Source: Desulfotalea psychrophila LSv54
GTDB lineage: Bacteria; Desulfobacterota; Desulfobulbia; Desulfobulbales; Desulfocapsaceae
Assembly: GCF_000025945.1 (NCBI RefSeq)
Contig: NC_006138.1
Span: forward strand, 1,860,001-1,892,000
Reading direction: 5' to 3'
Length of the DNA: 32,000 nt
Shown here: positions 17,617 through 26,348 of the stretch, in pieces
Position numbering within the stretch: the stretch's first letter is position 1
Layout: the number at the start of each line of letters is the position of its first letter
Made by a program: the position numbers and the translations under genes
The notes under the pieces: generated by a model
What the model saw: the letters and a program-made list of their open reading frames with translations, nothing else
The model's database searches: none
What the model was told of the DNA's origin: nothing

Positions 17617-19248
17617 ATGTTTATGTATTTTTTTTGCGCACGCAAATACTTGTTTTTCTGTGTTTTTTTTGTACTTTCTGGCTGTGTCCCTTATAACTCC
17701 GCTGATGTAGATAAGCAATCCTCTGAAGGTGAAGAAAAAGCCCAGATAAAGCGGGATCAAAAAGAGTTTGAAGTTGAAATGAGTGTTGGTCAGGAACTGC
17801 AGAAATTGCAGGCGACCGGTGATTGGTCTCAACAGAATCAAAGCATGGCTGAAGAGGCCAGTGCCTCTATCTATGATTTTCCCATAGTCTATAACTCTCA
17901 GGTTAATATGTATCTGGAGCTGTTTCAGGGAAAACAGCGTCGCCAGTTTGGCCAGTGGCTTGAAAAATCTGGAAAATACCTGCCTATAATGGAGGCCGAG
18001 CTTGCCAAAAAGGGTCTTCCTCTTGATTTGGTCTACCTTGCTATGATTGAAAGCGGGTATAATCAAAGGGCTTTTTCCCACGCCAGTGCCGTTGGCCTGT
18101 GGCAGTTTATGAAGGGGACGGGGAGGCAGTATGGTCTTCGGGTTGATTCCTATGTGGATGAGCGCAGAAATGCCTTAAAATCAACTCAGGCGGCTGTGGC
18201 CTATCTTTCTGATTTACATGAACAGTTTGGCGATTGGTATCTTGCCGTTGCTGCCTACAATGCGGGGCCGGGCAAGGTTCGTTATGGTTTGAGAAAGTAT
18301 GGGGTAGATAATTTTTGGGATTTGGCAGGTAAAAAGCATCTGCGTTTAGAGACCAAAAAATATGTACCTAAACTCATTGCCACCATCATTATTGCCAGAG
18401 ATCCTGAAAAATATGGTTTTAAAAAGCTTGATTATCAAAAACCACTCCTGCGCGATCAAATAGAGGTGACCCCGGGTTTGAGCCTTACAGCTGTTGCCAC
18501 TATTGCTGGGACCAATGTTAAGGGGATAAAAGAGCTTAATCAAGAGTTAAAACGCGAAAAAACGCCATTGAATGTTTCGACCTATTCCATCAATATTCCC
18601 TATGGAACGGCAGAACTGGCCAGAAGGAATTTGCCAAGATTACACTCTACCCTGGGAACGGGGTATAAAATCCATATTGTGAAAAGAAGTGAGTCTCTTG
18701 CGGCTATTTGTCGAAAATATAAAATAAACAGAACAACCATTGCTCGGGTAAATAAGTTGCATAGTTCGAAACTTGCCCGTGGTAAACGTTTGCGTATTCC
18801 CTATCCCACTATAAAATATCAGCTTTTGCCTCAGGGAGAGACGGATGCCCAGATTGCCTATAAGGATAGCCTGATTCTTCATTCCATAAAGAAGGGTGAG
18901 ACCATCTCAAAGATTGCCAGGCGCTACCATGTTCCCGTTGATCTGATTCTTTCCTGGAATGGGCTTAAGAGTGCCAACAGAATTCGAGAAGGCCAACAGT
19001 TGGCCTTATATATTGACAGAGGGCAATCGAAGCGTAATAGTCTTGGCAGAGTTTATATTCTTGCCGGGGACAAAAAGAGAAAGATTGATCAGGGGGTTAG
19101 CGGAACCTGGTATCAGGTGAGAAACGGAGATTCTCTTTGGACTATCTCCCGTAAATTTAATATTTCTATGCGTGATATCAGAAAATTGAATAATATGAAG
19201 ACTAATCTGATTCATCCAGGAAATAAGTTAAGGATAATCAAAGGATAG
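17617..19248 (+). CDS. mltD: Membrane-bound lytic murein transglycosylase, MltD-like (SLT domain plus LysM repeats), lipoprotein
   Basis: 543 aa. Lipobox VLSG-C. SLT motifs: LAMIESGYNQRAFSHASAVGLWQFM and AAYNAGPG. At least three LysM-like repeats: HIVKRSESLAAICRKY, HSIKKGETISKIARRY, YQVRNGDSLWTISRKF. Confidence 0.85.
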   Translation: MFMYFFCARKYLFFCVFFVLSGCVPYNSADVDKQSSEGEEKAQIKRDQKEFEVEMSVGQELQKLQATGDWSQQNQSMAEEASASIYDFPIVYNSQVNMYLELFQGKQRRQFGQWLEKSGKYLPIMEAELAKKGLPLDLVYLAMIESGYNQRAFSHASAVGLWQFMKGTGRQYGLRVDSYVDERRNALKSTQAAVAYLSDLHEQFGDWYLAVAAYNAGPGKVRYGLRKYGVDNFWDLAGKKHLRLETKKYVPKLIATIIIARDPEKYGFKKLDYQKPLLRDQIEVTPGLSLTAVATIAGTNVKGIKELNQELKREKTPLNVSTYSINIPYGTAELARRNLPRLHSTLGTGYKIHIVKRSESLAAICRKYKINRTTIARVNKLHSSKLARGKRLRIPYPTIKYQLLPQGETDAQIAYKDSLILHSIKKGETISKIARRYHVPVDLILSWNGLKSANRIREGQQLALYIDRGQSKRNSLGRVYILAGDKKRKIDQGVSGTWYQVRNGDSLWTISRKFNISMRDIRKLNNMKTNLIHPGNKLRIIKG

Positions 19249-19290
19249 CGCTTTGGCGTTTTTTGAAAATATATTATAGAGTTCACTATT

Positions 19291-20487
19291 ATGGAATTAT
19301 CAGATTCATCTTCCCATGAATATCCCTCCGATGTACAGATATTGCATCATGAAGGTAGGGTATTTTACCTTGTCGGAACGGCCCATATTTCTCAAGAATC
19401 TGTTGAGCTGGTTCAGAGGGTTATTCGTCAGGAACAGCCTGATTGCGTCTGTCTTGAATTAGACGATAAACGTTATCATTCACTCTCGCAGAAAGATAGC
19501 TGGCAGGCTCTTGACCTCAAGCAGATATTGAAAAAAAAGCAGCTGGCAACTCTATTTATTAGCATGCTTATGGCCTCCTATCAAAAGAGATTAGGGGGGA
19601 AGATGGGTGTGGATCCAGGGGCAGAGCTTTTGGCTGCTGCTCAAACGGCCCAGGAGCTGCAAATACCTGTTTCTCTCTGTGATCGTGATGTTCGGGTGAC
19701 TCTGCGTCGAGCTTGGAAATCCACCTCTCTTTTTCGCAAGGGCTACCTGCTTACCTCGCTTCTTGCCAGTGCGTTTGATAAAACTGAGATCAGTGAAGAG
19801 AAGCTGAGTGAGTTACGTAAAAAAGATGTGCTGGAGGATCTGATGGAAGAACTCGGCGCTAATCTTCCTGAGCTGAAAAAGGTGTTGATTGATGAGCGGG
19901 ATATTTATCTTTCTGAGAAAATAAAGTCCTCCCATGGTGACAGGGTGGTTGCCGTTGTCGGTGCCGGGCATCTGCAGGGGATTAAAAAACAATTTTCTCA
20001 GGATAATCGAGAGGAGATTGCCTCCATATCAATCATCCCTCCTGTCTCTAAGAGTTGGAAGACCATTGGTTGGCTTATCCCCTGTTTGATTTTGGGCTCT
20101 CTGGTGACTATTGGTGTGCAAAAGGGTTCGGATGTGGCCGGGGCGAATCTTCTTTTTTGGATTTTGGCAAATGGTATACCCTCTGCCATCGGTTCTGTTT
20201 TGGCCCTTGGTCATCCTCTGACAACCTTGGCGGCATTTTTGGCCGCACCGATAACAAGTTTGACACCGGTGATTGGGGCTGGTTATGTAACTGCTTTTGT
20301 TCAAGTTATGCTGAGGCCTCCCGTGGTTGGAGAGTTTGAATCCGCGGGGCGTGATGTGGCCAAGATGTCGGGTTGGTGGAAAAACAAACTCCTTCGTGTT
20401 TTCTTGATTTTCTTTCTCACAGGGCTTGGTTCAGCCGTTGGAACTTGGGTTGGTGGATATGAAATTGTTAAAAACCTTGTCACTTAA
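19291..20487 (+). CDS. TraB/GumN-family protein with C-terminal membrane domain
   Basis: 398 aa. Contains FYLVGTAHISQESVELV, CLELD, ERDIYLS and VVGAGHLQGI, followed by four or five hydrophobic segments. Confidence 0.8.
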   Translation: MELSDSSSHEYPSDVQILHHEGRVFYLVGTAHISQESVELVQRVIRQEQPDCVCLELDDKRYHSLSQKDSWQALDLKQILKKKQLATLFISMLMASYQKRLGGKMGVDPGAELLAAAQTAQELQIPVSLCDRDVRVTLRRAWKSTSLFRKGYLLTSLLASAFDKTEISEEKLSELRKKDVLEDLMEELGANLPELKKVLIDERDIYLSEKIKSSHGDRVVAVVGAGHLQGIKKQFSQDNREEIASISIIPPVSKSWKTIGWLIPCLILGSLVTIGVQKGSDVAGANLLFWILANGIPSAIGSVLALGHPLTTLAAFLAAPITSLTPVIGAGYVTAFVQVMLRPPVVGEFESAGRDVAKMSGWWKNKLLRVFLIFFLTGLGSAVGTWVGGYEIVKNLVT

Positions 20488-20680
20488 TGTTTCTCGTGTA
20501 TATTCTCATGCCGCTATCATCTCATAGAGGTTTATGTTGGCGAAAAATATTTCGCTCATATGTTGCAAACAGGCCATATAGGAGCTTTGTTCCGTTGTAT
20601 GGTACGTTGTATTGTGGTTAGCTAGTGATGTAACATTGGTTAAATATGGTACTTAATCATTTTTTAATAAGGACAAAACA

Positions 20681-21028
20681 ATGTCTGATATGAAACAAGA
20701 TGTCGAAGAACTCGAAGGGGCGCCCGTCCTCAATAGTCGAGAAAAAAAATTTTTGAAGGGGCTTGCCCATTCCTTGGCCGTTGGTGTGCAGATTGGTAAA
20801 GAAGATCTGACTCCGTCGCTTATAGACGCCACCAAGCTTGAGCTTGATCGTCATGAGCTGGTGAAGGTGAAGATTGGCAAGAGCAGTGGTCTTGATAAAA
20901 AAGAGGCCAGTGAAAAATTGCCTCTGCTTACCGAAAGTAGCTTTGTTCAACTTATTGGTAAGACCATTGTCCTCTATAAAGAAAACAAAGAAATTGTCAA
21001 AGACAAACGTATTCGCTTGCCACGCTAA
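20681..21028 (+). CDS. yhbY: Ribosome assembly RNA-binding protein YhbY (CRM domain)
   Basis: 115 aa. Contains LNSREKKFLKGLAHSLAVGVQIGKEDLTPSLIDATKLELDRHELVKVKI and GKTIVLYK. AAGGA lies upstream. Confidence 0.85.
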   Translation: MSDMKQDVEELEGAPVLNSREKKFLKGLAHSLAVGVQIGKEDLTPSLIDATKLELDRHELVKVKIGKSSGLDKKEASEKLPLLTESSFVQLIGKTIVLYKENKEIVKDKRIRLPR

Positions 21029-21106
21029 TGCGGCAAAACCATTCATCTTTGCCGTATTGCAATGCCATATTGTCCTTGCTCGGTAATTAAAGTAAAGCGG
21101 ATTTTT

Positions 21107-21658
21107 ATGACAGAGTATATAAGCAAATCGGAACGTAAACGACGATTCCGCCACGAAGAGCTAGCCGCTGAAGAACTTACTAAGTTATCGGCCAAACAAC
21201 TCGCCCTCCTGCCTGCTGAGCAGGAGGTGAAGGACGTGATTGTCTCCTGTCGCAAACTCAAAGGCGGCGCCCTTAATCGTGAAATAAAGCATTTGGCTAA
21301 GGTAATGCGTGGAGGTGATATTGACGCACTTTTTAGCTTTTTGGAAGATCGTAAGGGCTCCTCGCTTAAAACAGATCGTCTTCTTCGTGAGGCAGAGCGT
21401 TTGCGTGATACCATTATAAATGAGGCGGTTGACGATCAACATGACTGTCTGCGTAAGGGTATGCTGTGGGGAGAAGATTGGCCTTCCAATGAGATTGAGG
21501 TGCTTGCCAAACGTCTGTCGTGGGTGAATGCCAATGATATACGTAGAGCTACCTACCTGTACGTTCGTACCAAGAAACATACCCACTATAAAGAGCTGTA
21601 TAAGATAATAAGAGCCGCGCTTGAACGGGAAGAGATGACAAAGAAAAGAGCTGCTTAA
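21107..21658 (+). CDS. yjgA: YjgA/DarP-family (DUF615) ribosome-associated protein
   Basis: I prefer the start at MTEYISKSERKRR (ATG 21107). ISKSERKR...EEL..L, the ...REIKHLAKVMR... region and the helical C-terminus parallel E. coli YjgA (VSKSEIKRDAEELKRLG...RRRQLQLIGKMLR). Confidence 0.72.
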   Translation: MTEYISKSERKRRFRHEELAAEELTKLSAKQLALLPAEQEVKDVIVSCRKLKGGALNREIKHLAKVMRGGDIDALFSFLEDRKGSSLKTDRLLREAERLRDTIINEAVDDQHDCLRKGMLWGEDWPSNEIEVLAKRLSWVNANDIRRATYLYVRTKKHTHYKELYKIIRAALEREEMTKKRAA

Positions 21659-22287
21659 CGTCTCTTTTTTGTCTTTTTTATACTGGCAGAAATTCGAGGA
21701 ATTCCACTCGTTCTATAGAGGGTGCGAGCCTTGAGATACCTTTTCTGCCAGTATCTCCTCGCAAGGCTTGACTGCATGACTCCACGTGAGCTTGATGCAT
21801 GGATGAACTTTCCTCTACCGGTATAGATGCCGACATGTCTTCCCCCCTTCCCTATTTGAAAAAAAATAAGATCCCCGGGATGTAGCTTATTGCGTGGGAT
21901 ATATCGTCCTGTCCGTATCTGTCCTCTGGTCGTTCGCGGTAGGCATATGGCAAAGAGTTGTTGGTATACTTGTTGGGTGAAAGCTGAACAGTCTATACCT
22001 CGTCTTGTTTGTCCTCCGTAGCGATAGGGGGTACCCTCCCATTTTTGAAAAATAACCCCCAAATTTTTTATTATATTTTGTCGAGAGGGGTTGATCTGTC
22101 TTCGTTTTTTGCCTTGCTCTGAGCATCGTATGAGGGGGATTTGCCTCTGTATCTGAGTTAGTCGCTTATCTCTCTGCTCGATTGGCAGATGACTGCTGCA
22201 TGCGCTCAGTAGGATGGCACAGAGGAGGAGCAGAGCCAGGGAAAGTCTGGCCCTGCCCATTTCAGGAGGGTTCGTAGAAGATTGCAT
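21655..22287 (-). CDS. NlpC/P60-family peptidoglycan endopeptidase lipoprotein
   Basis: 210 aa. Lipobox LLSA-C. Catalytic region GIDCSAFTQQVY ... GDLIFF ... HVGIYTGRGKFIHASS. The start could be M1 or M10. The ATG lies 7 nt after the ccsA stop. Confidence 0.85.
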   Translation of the reverse strand: MQSSTNPPEMGRARLSLALLLLCAILLSACSSHLPIEQRDKRLTQIQRQIPLIRCSEQGKKRRQINPSRQNIIKNLGVIFQKWEGTPYRYGGQTRRGIDCSAFTQQVYQQLFAICLPRTTRGQIRTGRYIPRNKLHPGDLIFFQIGKGGRHVGIYTGRGKFIHASSSRGVMQSSLARRYWQKRYLKARTLYRTSGIPRISASIKKTKKRR

Positions 22288-22294
22288 GGGGGGC

Positions 22295-23137
22295 TTATGC
22301 TGAACCGTAGCTATGCAGTCCTGAGAGGAGGAAATTTACGCCGTAGTAGGTGAAGAGTACGCATAAAAATCCAAAGATAGCCAGAGTCGCAATACGGGAT
22401 CCACTCCAGTCACGGGTGTATCGTACGTGGAGGGCAAGGGCATAGATGAACCAGGTGATAAGTGACCAGGTTTCTTTTGGATCCCAGCTCCAGTAGGTTC
22501 CCCAGGCAGAGTTTGCCCATATTGCCCCCGAGATAATTCCACAGGTCAACCAGATAAAACCAAAGACCATCATCTTATGGGTGAGATCGTCTATTGTTTC
22601 CAGAGACGGAAGACGTTTTGCTAGAATATTTTCTTTTCTGCCAGCTCTACCCTGCTTTATGAGATACATGGTTCCAAGTCCTGCCGCCAGGGCAAAACCT
22701 GCATAGCCGATAAAACAGGTGATAACGTGGGAGATTAACCAGTTTGATTGCAGGGCGGGGACAAGAGGGGTGATGGTTTTACCAACACCCCCAAAGGAGG
22801 CATAGGCCATGGCAAGAAAGGCGAGAGGCACAGTGAAGACACCCATGACCCGTGTTTTGTATTTCCATTCCATCAGGAGGTAGAGGAGGATGATTGTCCA
22901 GGAGAAGAATACAACGGATTCATACATATTGGTCAGTGGGGCATGGCCAATGCCCATCTGGTAGGATTCGATCCATCTCAGACCAATACCAATAGTTTGG
23001 GTAAGAAAGGCAATGGCTGTAAAAAAAGTGGTTGCCTTTGCCAGTTTAGGCAATTTAAAAACAAATATAATTGCATAGAGTATTGTGGCAAAGAGATATG
23101 TGAGTGTCGTAATTCCAAGAAGTTGCGAGCTATCCAT
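22295..23137 (-). CDS. ccsA: Cytochrome c biogenesis protein CcsA/ResC (System II)
   Basis: 280 aa polytopic protein with the Trp-rich WWD-type motif WANSAWGTYWSWDPKETWSLITW. Confidence 0.9.
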   Translation of the reverse strand: MDSSQLLGITTLTYLFATILYAIIFVFKLPKLAKATTFFTAIAFLTQTIGIGLRWIESYQMGIGHAPLTNMYESVVFFSWTIILLYLLMEWKYKTRVMGVFTVPLAFLAMAYASFGGVGKTITPLVPALQSNWLISHVITCFIGYAGFALAAGLGTMYLIKQGRAGRKENILAKRLPSLETIDDLTHKMMVFGFIWLTCGIISGAIWANSAWGTYWSWDPKETWSLITWFIYALALHVRYTRDWSGSRIATLAIFGFLCVLFTYYGVNFLLSGLHSYGSA

Positions 23138-23181
23138 AATTTCTGTTTTGGTTGTTGAAACTGGTTTATAAGATATTAAGG

Positions 23182-24495
23182 CTACTGTTTGTCTTGCTCA
23201 AGAGTTTGTAGGCACCGCGTGATCTTATTGAACTCTTTGTTAAAACCCGCCTTGTTCTTTGCTGTGAAGCCTGCAAGGGTGATCCTTTTGTTTTGGTCAA
23301 TGATGAGCCAGATTTTACGATGTGAGGTGAAAAAAGAAATATAGAGGCCAATAATAAGAAGGATACAACCAAGATAAACACACCAGACCCCTGGATCTTT
23401 TGTTACCTGCAGGCCCGTTGCGTACATCTGTTTGGCTGATATTTCGTAGGTTGCGTTCAGGCCAGTTGTCTTTATGGTTTGGTTGTTGTCAAACCATATG
23501 GTCTGGGGCTTTGATTTGCCATCGAAAATCCAAAGCTTAATGCGTTCAACATGCTTGTCGGTGGCGATGACGTTGATTACTCCAAGTTGCAGGCCCTCTT
23601 CTTGCCACTCTTCCTGTTCTTGGAAGTCAAGTTTGAAGGCTTGTTCATTGCCGGTGTCGCTTCTTTTTATTTTAAGCATAAAGGTTTGGAAACCCTCATA
23701 GCTTGCCTGATAAAAGGTGAGGCCTTTGTAGTGAAGGGGGCTGTTGACTTCAATTTCCTGGCTCAGAGTTTCCTTGCCATTTTCTGAAATGGTGAGATGG
23801 GAGCGGTAGGTCTTGGGCATTCCCGTATCATAATATTCTATGGCGAAGGAATCACAGGCAAGCTCGAAGCCCAGAGGGATTGGTCCGGACTTGTCTTGAG
23901 AGTATATTTCTCTGGTGGCTCCTCCCTCGGCAATCATGACAGAGCCCTTGTAACCGGCGATATTGCCAATCATGGCTCCGACAAAGATTACCAGGATGGA
24001 AATATGGACAACATAGACACCCAGGTGGGACCATAGGGACTTTTGGCTAAAAAAGAGCTGATAGGATTCTCTGTTAAAATTTTGTCCCGGCCAACCAAGT
24101 TTTGCGAGAATTCTCTGGGGTTGTTGAGCTGTTCTCTTAGGAAGCTGAAAGCTTTGGCAAAAGGGCATGGCCTCTATTTTTTCGCGGGAGAAAGATCCGT
24201 TTGTAGCTCTTATCCTTCGCAAGGTTATGGGGAATCGATCAATGGTACAAATAATAAGATTGAGAGCAAGTAGACAGAGGAGGCCGGTGAACCACCAGGA
24301 CGAGTACATTTCTGGGATGTCGAGCACCAAAAATATTTGTGTCCAGAAGTTGCCATAGGCTTCGAGATAAAAAGCCATGGGGCGGTGTTGGGGGATGACT
24401 GTGCCTATAACAGAGGTAGATGCCAGGGCAAAAAAAATGAAAATAGCCAATTGGACAGAGGCTAAAAATTTCCAAAGTGGATTAGTCGATTTCAT
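23182..24495 (-). CDS. ccsB: Cytochrome c biogenesis protein ResB/CcsB (System II)
   Basis: 437 aa. The N-terminus LWKFLASVQLAIFIFFALASTSVIGTVIPQ is typical of ResB. It has a large periplasmic loop and a C-terminal TM segment. It sits immediately upstream of ccsA. Confidence 0.85.
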   Translation of the reverse strand: MKSTNPLWKFLASVQLAIFIFFALASTSVIGTVIPQHRPMAFYLEAYGNFWTQIFLVLDIPEMYSSWWFTGLLCLLALNLIICTIDRFPITLRRIRATNGSFSREKIEAMPFCQSFQLPKRTAQQPQRILAKLGWPGQNFNRESYQLFFSQKSLWSHLGVYVVHISILVIFVGAMIGNIAGYKGSVMIAEGGATREIYSQDKSGPIPLGFELACDSFAIEYYDTGMPKTYRSHLTISENGKETLSQEIEVNSPLHYKGLTFYQASYEGFQTFMLKIKRSDTGNEQAFKLDFQEQEEWQEEGLQLGVINVIATDKHVERIKLWIFDGKSKPQTIWFDNNQTIKTTGLNATYEISAKQMYATGLQVTKDPGVWCVYLGCILLIIGLYISFFTSHRKIWLIIDQNKRITLAGFTAKNKAGFNKEFNKITRCLQTLEQDKQ

Positions 24496-24861
24496 AAAAA
24501 TTTTATTTTAAGAGCAGAATGTCAAAGGAATAAGGGGAAATCTATTGGTCTTGATTGCTTGTAATTTTCTATCTATATGAATGCTACTACAACAGCTGTC
24601 AATTATACACAAGGCAGAGGATAGTTTGCAATCAAAATAGATCATAAAATTCTTTACCCCTGTTCTAATATGATTATGGCATGAATCTCGGTTTTTTGAG
24701 GCGTTATTGAGCAAGGGAGTCTCTTAGTAAATAAAATCTCTTGCCATTTATTTTTAAAAAGGGTAGTTAGAGAAGTTCTGAATTAAAGGATATTAACCAA
24801 ATACTGTTATCAGTCTTGACTGATGTTTTGCAGTACAAGACGTCATATAAGGAGAATTAAA

Positions 24862-25056
24862 ATGGCTAAGGTTTGTGAAATTTGTGGTAAGGGCCCTATA
24901 ACTGGAAACAACGTGTCTCATGCTCATAATAAGACAAGAAGACGCTGGCTTCCAAATTTGAAAAAGGTTCGTATGGTAACTGCAAGCGGCGCTACCGTTC
25001 GTGGTAAAGTTTGTACCCGTTGCATTCGTTCAGGTGCTGTTGTTAAACCTGCATAA
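24862..25056 (+). CDS. rpmB: 50S ribosomal protein L28
   Basis: [37 protein letters not shown].... AAGGAG lies 7 nt upstream of ATG 24862. The track ORF starts further upstream at an alternative codon. Confidence 0.92.
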   Translation: MAKVCEICGKGPITGNNVSHAHNKTRRRWLPNLKKVRMVTASGATVRGKVCTRCIRSGAVVKPA

Positions 25057-25077
25057 TTGCATATGGTTTTGGTGTAG

Positions 25078-25113
25078 AGGCGAGGGGATTTTTATCCTCT
25101 CGCCTTTTTTTTT
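25078..25113 (+). terminator. Rho-independent terminator after rpmB
   Basis: AGGCGAGGGGA (25078-25088) pairs with TCCTCTCGCCT (25095-25105), with one G-U pair. A T9 run follows. Confidence 0.7.
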
Positions 25114-25146
25114 ATCCACGCGTTACAGGCTTTTGAGGTATTTGAG

Positions 25147-25401
25147 ATGAGTGAAGAAGAGATTGCATTTTTGTCGCTTGCCGAGGCTGTTGCTCTGGTC
25201 GGTGCCATTCAGGAAGAAGAGGATATTAGTGAGAAGGATAAGCGCATCCTGACGGTATACAGTGCCGATGACAGGGAGCTTTGTTGGTTTGATTTTGCCG
25301 AGGTCCTGGAGGATTTAGGGGCAGTTTCTAAGGAAGATGAGAAGGAAGCTGTACAAAATTACGTTTTAGCACGAATTCCTGCTTGGGCCCGTGAAATCTA
25401 A
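25147..25401 (+). CDS. Small acidic hypothetical protein (84 aa)
   Basis: The ORF has GAGG about 10 nt upstream. It is very acidic (runs of E/D) and I recognise no motif in it. Confidence 0.5.
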   Translation: MSEEEIAFLSLAEAVALVGAIQEEEDISEKDKRILTVYSADDRELCWFDFAEVLEDLGAVSKEDEKEAVQNYVLARIPAWAREI

Positions 25402-25592
25402 ATGCCATAGGCGTCTCCTGTTCGGGTGAGGCTTATGAACAGACTGGACTCTCTGCTTGGATTGAAAAATTTTACTTGGGCCTGATTTCAGGAGAGGTGA
25501 AATTTTTTATCGCATTAACTATTACCTTCGAAGGTAAAATTTTTCATCCAAAGTATAAATTTGATGATAAACGGATTTTCCAAGGTTTCTCT

Positions 25593-26348
25593 ATGCTTAC
25601 CCCAGAACAATTATCCCGTTATAGTCGAAATATTCTCCTGCCGGATATCGGTCTGGATGGTCAGGAAAAGCTTCTTGCTGCCCGGGTTTTACTTGTGGGC
25701 CTTGGTGGTTTGGGCTCTCCTATTGCCCTCTATCTTGCGGCGGCCGGAGTTGGTACCCTAGGTCTTGTCGATAATGATTCAGTCGATCTCTCTAATCTGC
25801 AGAGGCAGGTTCTGTATGACTCCTCCTCTCTGGGGGGGGCCAAGGTTGATGCCACCGCAGCTCGTATAGCCTCTCTTAATATGGATGTGACAGTCCATAG
25901 ATATCCGGTGCTTTTTGCTGAAGAAAATGGTGCCTCACTTGTTGCCGATTATGATTTTGTCATTGATGCAACGGATAGTATAGGAACAAAATTTCTCATT
26001 AATGATATCTGTGTCCGAGCGGGTGTGCCCTTTTGTCATGGCGGTGTATTGGAGTTCATAGGCCAGGTTATGACAGTTATCCCTGGGAAAACGGCATGTT
26101 ATAGATGTTTTTTTAAAAATCCTCCCGTGGGAGATGGGGCCAAGAGATGTTCTCATGGTGGTATACTTGGCTCTGTTGCCGGGATAATTGGTTCCCTGCA
26201 GGCGACAGAGGCCTTGAAGTTTATCACAGGTGTGGGCGATCTGCTGACAGATTCTCTGTTTATCTGTGACCCTTCAGTAAATATGTTTCGTACCCTGCCC
26301 ATCTCCTCTCGTGATGATTGTGAGGCCTGTGCTTCTCTTAAGGTCTAA
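25593..26348 (+). CDS. HesA/MoeB/ThiF-family E1-like adenylyltransferase
   Basis: Starting at MLTPEQLSRYSRNILLPDIG matches the MoeB N-terminus. Contains the nucleotide loop VGLGGLGS, DNDSVDLSNLQRQ, zinc cysteines CYRC and CEAC, and the active-site loop CSHGGILG. Confidence 0.85.
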   Translation: MLTPEQLSRYSRNILLPDIGLDGQEKLLAARVLLVGLGGLGSPIALYLAAAGVGTLGLVDNDSVDLSNLQRQVLYDSSSLGGAKVDATAARIASLNMDVTVHRYPVLFAEENGASLVADYDFVIDATDSIGTKFLINDICVRAGVPFCHGGVLEFIGQVMTVIPGKTACYRCFFKNPPVGDGAKRCSHGGILGSVAGIIGSLQATEALKFITGVGDLLTDSLFICDPSVNMFRTLPISSRDDCEACASLKV

